A stretch of 50,981 bases of DNA, counting the filler, from Sphacelaria rigidula (lineage: Eukaryota), in NCBI GenBank assembly GCA_964200075.2. It is 3 parts of 3 records of this genome, joined end to end, with 100 filler letters (N's around TTAATTAATTAA, not from the genome) between each part and the next. Parts side by side here need not be neighbours in the genome. Positions count along the whole stretch, not along the records: positions 34,058 to 50,981 come from CAXNAA020001215.1; 2 more parts are not named here. The stretch is one strand, 5' to 3'. The translations under genes were made by a program, and so were the position numbers. Below are positions 34,956 through 45,600 of the stretch, piece by piece; the stretch's first letter is position 1; each line of letters begins with the position of its first letter. Under the pieces are notes generated by a model. The model saw nothing but the letters and a program-made list of their open reading frames with translations. It was not told the origin of the DNA and did no database searches.

Positions 34956-37900
34956 GTAAGCATGGTTCCACCATGTTGCTACTATAATGTAATAGTAATC
35001 GTAACGGATTACTGCGAAGTGCAACATAGGAAAGAGCCAGGGTTTGGGGGAACCCACGACGGTTCAAAGGCGTGGCGTTTTTCTTCGATCGGGGTATAAC
35101 ATGACATATCAGTACTCAGTACGAATGAGTCGATTCGCAAAGAGTCAAGAGTTCAAAGACCGTATGACTGAATACAGGTGGTCGCAATAAGTGGAGTTGG
35201 TATATATGGCACAGGACAAAACCAGGCCTTGCGTGCATAAACAATCACACCTCGTTTTGTGACTGAGAACGACAGGCAAAGTACCGGGGAGTGCGACAAC
35301 GGCGGAAGTTCGTGTCCGGAATGAAGATCAAACACTTAGCGGCCACTACAATTCAGAAGATCGTTCGAGGCGGGGTGGGCCGCAGGGTAGCGTGTTGCAT
35401 GCTCCAGGTGCGATCATCCGGGAAGTGGAAGTGCAGTAGATTGGATCAATAAAGCTGATTGTGATATGTTGATTGGTTGGGAAGGAAAGGAAAGGAAAGG
35501 AAAGGAAAGGAAAGGAAAGGAAAAGAAGGGAAACGCCAGGCTATGATCTAGGACCAGTCCTGAAAAAACAAAATGAACAGCAGAGGACAGTAATATGATA
35601 TTGATGAAATGTGGACGTATTAATCGCCATCCAGCTAACGGTTTTATCATCAGAATTGCCCGTATACCCACAAAAGTGAGTAAGATGACAAACCAACAGC
35701 ACGTTATTCAACGCTTCATCTCAACATCATCTCAACAGAAGGAAAGGGGGAATGACGAGATACTATTTACTCCTCAAGTAATTAAAAACAAATTGCAAGG
35801 AGGGCTTGAAAATATTGGATATTACCCATCTCTCCGGGTTCGTCTGCACGGCATAATTCAGGTCTGGTATATATCGTTGTAATCCCAGCACCTTGCTGTA
35901 CAGCTATCCGCTTATTGTTTCACATTTGTTTTTTTTGTTCAAGCATCTACTGACTGGCAACCAGATCTCACAGCACCAGGCATGCACCCAGTACTCGTAT
36001 TGTTATGCACACGTCAACATGCTAGTCTCACCCAACAATGGAAGCGGGTTCACTATGGGTGCGTGTTTTGACAACATACAGCATTGGGTGAAACGGCCGA
36101 CAAGGACAGCTCAGATTTCCGCACAGATCGATGAAACAGTCCCTCACGGATCAAGGGGCCCAAGAATCTTCCCTGGAGGCACCCGGTCATGATATCTCCT
36201 TTTCGTCCTGGTAGGATGCTCAGATTTGACTCCAGATATAAGATTTCGGGGGGCTCTATAGATGCTTCCGTTTCTTCCAACGCCGCTCTTTCAGTGCTGT
36301 ATTTTTGTCGCTCCCCCCCTCCCCCCCCTCGTTTTCCATGTGCCAACTACGTTCGCCAGGAGTACTTCGATCGAGAAATGTCACTCGTCGACGAGGAAGT
36401 GGAAATGTAAGTGTGCTTGCGATTTTCTCACAGAATTTTCACTTTTTTCTCGCGGTACGATGAATGGTGCTCGTTGTCAGCATGTATAACCTCGAGAGAC
36501 ACTGGGTCTGGGCTACTGCATGGCGGCCCCTAACCTACCCATACTTCTACGAGCATAACACACGCGTGCTCGTTGTATGCACACATTGGAGTATGGTTCA
36601 TTGCCAACACTGACAGAGAAGGACGGCGTGGGTCATGACCAGACTACTTGAAAACTAGGCGACACACCGAGATAATAAGGGTAGCAGTCACGCTGAAATT
36701 TTGTCAACGCTAGAAGTACCGTGCCTTGTGGTGGGAGGATACGCGGCTGACCTCAGCAACACATACACTGTACGAGGTTGCTGCCGTGAAGATTATTCCG
36801 TTCATAGTCTGCTTTCCCGATCTTTACCTGCCGTTGTGTGAGCATCCGTCCTTTATTTTGCATCGATTTCTTACCTCGCAAGCATCCTGCTGTATCTTTG
36901 TCCTTTTTTGTCTGTGCACACTAGTCTACGGTTCTTGTTCACCCTACTCTACTTACTATACCTACTATGCGACAGACTCGAGTATCGCCGTCGGGAGCAA
37001 GCAGCTAGTAAGCTGCAGCACGTGTGGCGGGCCCGGCGAAATGCACGTTTGTTTCAGGAAGAGAAAGTGCGGAGGATAAGAATGCACGAGGTGGAGTGGC
37101 GAGACGGGCGGTGGTACCGTTCGTATTGACGTTGTTGGTGTGACACCTTTATAATGGATTGACACGCGTGACACCTTTACAGCAGTACAAGAAAACACCG
37201 ACTGATGCTGCAGTGATGCGTATGGGCAGAACGTTCCCATGGTATTTGAGTATGGATGGCTATTGTCGATAAATAGTGCATAATGCATTAATTTGTTCGT
37301 ATCAGAAGATTATATCACTATTGGATATTAGTGCCGAATGGCCATAACAAGATCTGGAGTCGGCTGAGACAAGGCCGTGGCACCGCGGTAGCTAAGCTTC
37401 CTCCCCTCCCCTGCCCCGTCTCGAAAGAGATCCGTGGTCAATGGTCAAGCGACTAAGGCAAGCAACAAATGAGTAACCCCCCCCCCTCCCTCTTGGGGTG
37501 CGCCATGTTTTGTGCCACGCAAGACTTCTGCTCTTTCTAAATTTGCTGCGCAAGAACAAACTTGCATCTGTGGGTACTGCCTGAGACACGTTTGCAATGA
37601 AGAAGTGGCACGTTATGTTTATTTCGTCCACCGGCGACAAGACTTCACACTTTTTCATTTTCCGGGGTAACTTGAAGCGATATCATCGTTCGCATAACTG
37701 TTTTTCTTGTTATTGTGCGAAAAAACTTAATTGTGACGACTAGGGGGGGGGGGCAAAGATGATAGCTGCCGATGAAACCCGAGCTGCCGCTTGCCTTGCG
37801 AGTGTTTTTCGGTCAGGCTTGCGGCGTGCGTGCATGTGTTTGTGGTTTGCGACGAAACTGCGGCGATGCATGTGGATAGGCGAAGGCAGAGATGGACAAG

Positions 37901-40900
37901 ATGTTGGACGCCCAAGCCCGAGAGGTCGAGCTGTACAAGCGGGAGCTGTCGGCTTGGTACAAGCAGCGCCGGAAAGATCAAGAAGCGACTAGAGTAACGG
38001 AAGAACAAACTGTAGAAGCGAAACGTAAGGTAAAAAGTTGAGACTCATAGTTCGAGTCGATGCACTCCCGACAGCTATTGCTTTTTATGAGTTTCTGTCG
38101 TCTCAAAACACGAGGGCGGGATTTGGCAAACTTGGAATGGAAGCTTGACGAGCGGAAAAGAGTCAACTGACCACGGGAGTGGCACCCCAATGCTCGAAAC
38201 CAAGTTATCGGACGACAAACGGCGCAGATAATATATGGTTATGATGAGAATAGAGAATGGAGATTAAGGATCCGTCGTTCCGAACGTGGAAATTAAAGCG
38301 TATGACGAAACGAAACACGAAGTGAGCTGCGGAGATCGTTCACTTGCTTCCGTCAAGAGCAAGTGTTGCTTTTGAAGATAAAAAACCACAGCACTTGGAT
38401 CAGGGGTTGGTTTCCCACGGTGACACTTTCTACGATAACCCCCCCCCTCCCCCCCCCAAAGCGTGCCATGTTTGGGGAGGCAAAATATTGACGAAAATCG
38501 AACTAGGAAAACCAGAGTACAACGAGCAGCTGGGCATTCCCACGCTTGGGTTTGTTCTCGCCAATGTCGCCCATGTAAGGTGCTTCATGAAGCCTGAACC
38601 CAAACATCAGGCGCTGTATGTTCATATTTTTTGTGACCCTTTTGGGCTGTTTTTTTTTGGGGGGGGGGGGAGTATCGTAGCAAGTGTCCGGTAAAGAACA
38701 ATGATCGGCCGAGGCGGAAAAGCTTCATTCAACGACTCCTGGTCGCTGCTGTCTGCCTTAAAGAGTTACTCTCCAACGCCGAGAAACGTTGCAGGCATGC
38801 TCATTGTCGGTACAGCAAACGAAAAAAAAGCAGCGGGCATTTCAACACCCGCAGTAAAGGAATCGCAATATCACGTGTAAATGAGAAGAGAGTAAATGTT
38901 CCGTGTAACACATAACATGATTAGAGTATTCTGGGTTTGCTTCAAACTTTGGGCGCGTTATTGCCGGCGGATTTGGACGGCTTCAGATTATGCTGTACCG
39001 GCGGCGCGAACGGGACAGGATTGCGGCTGAGGCCAAGAAAAGGAGGCGAGAAGCGGAAGAAAAGGCAGGTCCAACTCTGCCATCTTGTTCTGAACAATCG
39101 AGGCAAACGCTTGGCAACGACATTCGATCGATAAGCGTGTGCGGTATACCGGCGTTCACTTGTCGCAATCACAGCGACACGGAACCGGAGCCAATGCGTA
39201 CAGCACCATTCGAACATCGAGAGCGTCTTAGAGTAGAGTATGGCAATGCAAGGCTCACGAGCACTATCAATAGCTATTCCGCAAATTGTGTCCTTTGTTC
39301 GGTCTCGCACGGGGTGTATGGCCTTCACCTCAGATAGCGCTTTTAACGTGCTTTTGTCACGGAACCCGAAACCTCCCACTTTGACGGCAGTCCGAAGAGC
39401 GACGCATCGAGGCATGGCAAAAGTCCTGGGCGGACAAAGCAGAAGATCGAGCGATGGCCCTTCGCAAAACATTGGAAGCTGTGCTATTACATCCGGACAC
39501 TGCTCCAGAGAAAGCTCTCCAACGAAAATTGAAGGTGACGCTTCTACCTTTCGGCCTGCTTACTCCGCTCCAGAAGCGCATTACTTTGGGGCACGTGACC
39601 ATTTTGGAAGCAATAGCGGTGTATTTGAGTACGGAAAAAAACACGCTGTTCAGGTCGAAATTCTCATCGGAAGTAAGGTAGTTTACGGAAGAAAACGCCC
39701 CCGTCCTACGACAACGCCTTCAGTCTAGATTTCTTCGAAGACTATGGTAATAGGGACGCCGAAAAACTCGTCGTTGAAAAGGTTTCATCGCGATCCGTCG
39801 ACGAACGAGATCTTCCGGAAGTTCAGGGTCATCCCTTTCGAGAAGATCGAGGTTGAACAAACTACGCCCTGAGTTTTTCTCCTTGTTTCTTCTGAATTTT
39901 CCCGACATACGTTTACTGTAGGAGAAATTTCAAGAGCAGGCACTGCTTGCGACTTTCCGCGAAGCAGGAATGAATGTACTGCATTAGTGACATCGCCTGA
40001 AGCACCGGTGATAGATGGATAAAACTACAGGTAGATAAATAGATAAAAACCTTGTTTCAAGTCCGCCAGTGTTAAGGATAGAGAGATAGCGCCACAATGC
40101 GTCCCATCATAAAGCGGACACTGTGTATATAAAAAAATCTGTAGACATACGAGTCGCTGTCGGCAATGATACATGGGATTTATTGCGACGATTGAGATGT
40201 AAGTGCGACGACTTACGAGGAAGCTATGGGCACAAAATGGCGTAGCTCCACTGGTAGCCACATCAAACGCATTCGATTCTGGAGTGTAGAAACATGGCAG
40301 AACCGATATTCACGAAGTGTCGGGAAATGACGGGCAGGTCAAAGAAGTGATACTCAGAGGTTAGCTGATAGCGCAGGACAAGCGAGACGCTCACCTTCCG
40401 CGGCATGGGTTCATATTCGCTATTCCGGGGTACTATAACCGCATTTCCATCATTGTAGAGTGGGAATGAGAGGAGTGCAAAGAAGGCATCGAGATCGGGG
40501 AAGACGATATCCATAAGTCGTACGCAGGATAAAAGGCATGGGGGAAATGCCATTCGGTTCGCTCGGAATCGCTGTAATCATTTCAGGCGGAAATCGAGGC
40601 CCGGAAAAAAGAGGTGCTCAAAATGGCGGACAAAATAGAGGCCGACCTTGAAGCACCGGAGGCGCTAAACATCGCCCGAGGAGACGTTCTGGCGACGAAA
40701 ATGGAAGAGGAACGAGGAAGGTATGCCTGTGGTACCGTGAACGACGTAATATAAAAACACATACGGGTCGGAGATTTTCAACCTTGTATTATCGGATAGG
40801 CAAGATCTTAACTATACTCCCGGGATAAAACTCTTACTCATGGAACGATCGATGCCAACGATATACGGAATATATTTCCACGGACACGATCTTCGGCGTC

Positions 40901-42648
40901 GGGGCCAATGTGGTTTTCGAGAAACTGGAGGGTGAAAAGGGGGTACCCCGGAATAGCTGCACTCCGTTACAAGGGTACCTCATCGTGTGGCGTTTGATGT
41001 TCTAGCAATCCTCAAGGGAAATAGAGAGCTTGGGTACAGCGGCGATCAAGCTGAGTTCTATGTGGACTGCGTGTACTGCCCTGTAGCGCGGATAGGCAAA
41101 TACTTGCCGGATAGCGGGGCAGGGCAATCACTCTTCAGTCAATCGACTAGTTTGTGTGTGTAATAAGCTTTTAATTGTTGGCGAATAAAAAGGATGATTC
41201 CATGAACTCTTCTTGGCCACCAAGGTTGTCCACTTGTCGAGAGTGTATGCATTGCCATTGCGTTGTGAATTTGTAGCTTCGTTTTTTTTCTATACGTACC
41301 CTTACTATACGTAACCTCATCACGTGTTGTACACGCACCAACACGGGCAGTGCTCACCGGTGCCTCCGTATGCGCCAGGACTGTGGGGTATCACGATTTG
41401 TTTAGCAAAATTCATTCGTTTGACTAGCGATTACCCGCCAACCTGCAAATTTCTCCATCCGGTTCATCTGGTATGGACCCCAACTAGAAAACTACTTTTA
41501 ACTCACCTGTTGCTTTCCGGAGTATCTCGGGGCGTGCGACTCACGTTTTCTGCTGTTTACTTCATATCACCTCACGTGCGACTCAGCTGTCGTTGGATTT
41601 TGTTTGAGTAACGCCACGGTAGGGATGCTCCTTTTTTTCTGAGGATCTTTATTGTAGAAGGCTCTCGATGAAAAATATCTGGGTCTTAGTGTGCAGCCTC
41701 AAAAATCTTTTGGACTGAAAATGGTACCCCGACCTTGGCATTACTTGTTTGTGGCGTGGACTTCAATCGAAGAATGACCTTGATGGATAATAGTCGAGCA
41801 AAAATAAAAATAGCAAATAATCATCGTAATCAAATAATGATACTACTACTACTACTACTACTACTACTAGGCAAGCGTACATCTATGGTATTCTTCTTGA
41901 GAAGGACAGTTAGGCTTGAACTTCATTAATAGATAGACATGGCCTTGCTCTGTCCTGTCTCTTGTGAAGCGAAAAAAGAGAAAATTGAACGGTGGAAACC
42001 AGCTTCAGCTTGTAAACCGTCGTCTTCTATTAACAGCGTGTTTCGGCTCGACAAATCCAAATAAACGATTTTTCGTTCTGCGCTCGCGTGCGCGTGTGTG
42101 TGTGTTTCGGGAACTAAACACCTCAGGGTGGACCAAGAAATGAAGGCGGCAGCTACGGCGTACCTCGAAGCGGAGGCCCAGGACAAGGCCAAGAAGCAGG
42201 AGAGAATGAGCAAGTGGCGAGACTCTGTGGAAGATGCTGCAGCCAGGGTTATACAGCAGATGTACTACGTTTACAGCGTGAGTGTTTCTGAACGTTGCCG
42301 CTGCAACAAGTCCCACATGTTTCTTCTTCAATATATACATCGTTTCATTGTATTTTATTTTATTTGCTTTGTACTTTCCTCTTCTTTTCCTTTTTCTTGT
42401 TTTAGGTGGGCCATTTCTTCTTTCTGTGCTTTGCTCGTGTTGACTTTTTATTACTTTCGTTTGTCACGACTTAGTCTGCCATGTCCGTTGTGTTCGACGC
42501 CTCTTTCTTTCTTTTTCTCTTCCTGTTCCTTTTTTTTCTGTCCCTTTTTCTCTTCTTTTTTTCCTTAGAGCGTGTTTCACTTTCGTTTTTCTCGGGTACG
42601 TCTATCATGACACCACAGCTGGACCCCTGGGGTGTCCGTGAAAGTACG

Positions 42649-42685
<37 letters not shown>

Positions 42686-45600
42686 TACTGCACACACAAA
42701 CAGAGAAATACAATTCAGTCGGCGTCTGATATACAAAGACAAATGCCAGTCTATCCGACTCTACGGTGCATGAGCCATATGCTGGTGACTACCACCGGCA
42801 GGACACGTCTCCTGAAATGCTTAGTCCACGAGGCATTTTTCAACTTTACAAGTGGCACTCCCGGTGAACTACGTATCTAGTACGATCGGGCGACAACACC
42901 GCTGACCGCATTGTTTAAAAGTTTTTTTAAAGCAGGGCACGTGCTCTCACCCACCACCCTGGACCGGATGGCAGCGGTGAAACTCTTACATTAGCATACG
43001 TCGCGATACATCGGCATCTCTGAACCGGATACGAGTGTCACATGGCCATCGTTGAACCGGATGGCGCAGGCGATCCCATGATTTGACCATCTTCAAACTG
43101 GGCAACATGTTCACGGGACCACCGTCGAGGGTTTTCAAGAGCATGGACACGTGAAAACGACACATATATGACCGGTTACTATATATGAAGAGATCCTACG
43201 ATCCCGAGCTCTCGAAATTTTGGCCGTCGGAAATCTCTCGGTGAACCTGTCTGCGCGACCTTGTTTAGATGTTGCAGGGTATTTTCTGTCGAGAAATTCG
43301 GAATTACAAACTACTGCCGCCGGGAAAGGTCAATCCGAAATTACAAACTTCCATAACCTTTAGCGTAAGGCTTTGAGACGCTGCTGCTTACACGAGGATA
43401 GGCATTACTTTATTTATTTGACAACATTTTGCTGAAACTTAGGCCCTGCCTAGGCACATTAGGTTTCGATCGAAATTGTGCGGTGGAAAACAAAAACCCC
43501 GATCTGATGGTCGTGATTTCAACCACCATCAGGATTTGACGATGGTTGAAATCACGACTTATCAGATCGGGATTTTTTTTTTCCACCGCACAATTTCGAT
43601 CGAAAAACTTATGTGCGAAGACAGGGCCTTACGCAAAACTTGACAAAAGCACAGATGAAAACATGATTATTTCAAATATCCCCTTCACCCGCGCCGTATT
43701 CACAACATCAATGACCAACAGGAAAGTTCTGCAACATCGAAAAAAAAATGAAAATCGCCGGGATTCAGGGCCAGTGAAGCTAACCATTGTATCTTTCATA
43801 AATAACTGTTACATGACGGCCGTATCAGGCCATCCGAGCGATCCAGAAGCGAGCGAAGGAGGTGTACACAAAGCACTTCGACGTGGAAAATCTGGCGTAC
43901 TACTGGTACAACAATCAGATCGGCACCTTCATGTGGGAGAAGCCCGGGGGGCTTGGCGCTTGGGACGTTGATCCGGAAGACAGAGTAAGAGGCGTACACA
44001 GATGGTGCAGGTGCTGGCGTGGGGAGTTCGTCGGCCGCACTTTACGATGTCCCAGATTGTGAAAAGGTCGACTGTGTGCTACGAACGTGAATTAACGTCG
44101 CATATACGTCTTCAACCTTTTCACAATCTGGGAGAAACTTCTGTTCCTTGTGGTACAGTGCTGGCGAGCTCCTTTGGTCACCCATGTGCCATTGCACCGT
44201 TGCAGCCCCTGTACTGTAGCGATCACGCAGCTGAGGCTATGTTTTGCGTGAAAACACGGGATTATACCAATTGAGAATGGTTTTTTTGGGGAGGGGATGA
44301 ACAAGGTCAAAAGTTGAACCGAAAAATGCAAGAACTATTTCGGGGTATCCCTGCGGACCGCCAAGTATTGTAAGCGGATTGGTAGTTGCACGTTGGATTT
44401 AAATCTATCCGAAGATCGAACAGAATCTAATTCTATATTGTTTTTTATGTACAAGCGTAATTTCAGAACCTCCACTAGTTTTCATTGGCCCCGCAACGTC
44501 CCGAGCAGATCCAACGGCAAGTTACAATTAAAAAGAAATGAATCTAGAAACGAATCTGCTTTTACAATTAAAGGCAATGGTTACACGGATGCAGCAGGCG
44601 TTTTTGCATAAGTGTGCGGTCCGGTCGGATAAAAAAAATACAAACGATGTCCCCCAACGGACACTTTTAATTGACTACGAAACTGCGGGCGACTATCCGA
44701 CAAGTGAAGAAACAATATTCCCAAAGAATCGTTTTTGCACTTTCCGGTCCGACTTTTGACCTTGTCCACCCCCTCCCCCCCCAAGAAAAAAGACATCCCC
44801 TATTCGTACAATCCCGTGTTCGAAGCTATGAGTATCCACATATTCAAATACTACAAAAATTCACGGCAACAACAGGTCAACACTCGGCTCGTGTAGTGTG
44901 GTTGGTAACTGTGGTAACTTGACCCCCAAGCATCATCCCATCAGCCGTGTATGCATGTCTAGATTTTCTGTATATGTGCAGTCCCAGTGTGCACTGACAC
45001 GTATGTCGACGATGATCATATGTTTGTGCTGGTCAGCCCGGCAAAGCATTGCTCTGCAGTGATGGAGAAGTTCCTCCGCGATGTATTCACGTCTCGAGTT
45101 AGATTTTTCTGTACTGACCCGTATACCGATGGCGTTATAAGTTTGCGCAAGCCGACTTGAGAAAGTTGCGCTGCATTGGCGAAGAAAAAAGATTTCTCGG
45201 GACCCAAAAGAGCGTGAAATGGGGTCCTCGTCACGTTGCCCACAGCGGAGCAATTTTTCCATGAAATCAATCCTTTTGTTGTGGTGACATTTCACCCTTC
45301 GCACGTCGTGATTTTCACATACGATGTAATTTTCGATCGAAACAAGTTACAATACAAGTATCGCCGGTATCGAGGAGAATTTGACCTATATACGAGGATA
45401 AAGTTTGTTCGCGGGAACATGCACGTATGGATACAACAAAGAAGGTAGCTCGCAAGAACAATAGGTGCCACTGTAGTACTTGGCGAATGTTTCACCAAAG
45501 ATGTCGAAATCGTGATATATTGTACCCAGCGAATACAGTAGTTTGGAATAAGAAGAAAGTTCACTCGACGATAGTGGGGGGAGTGTTCAAGGGTTCGTCA

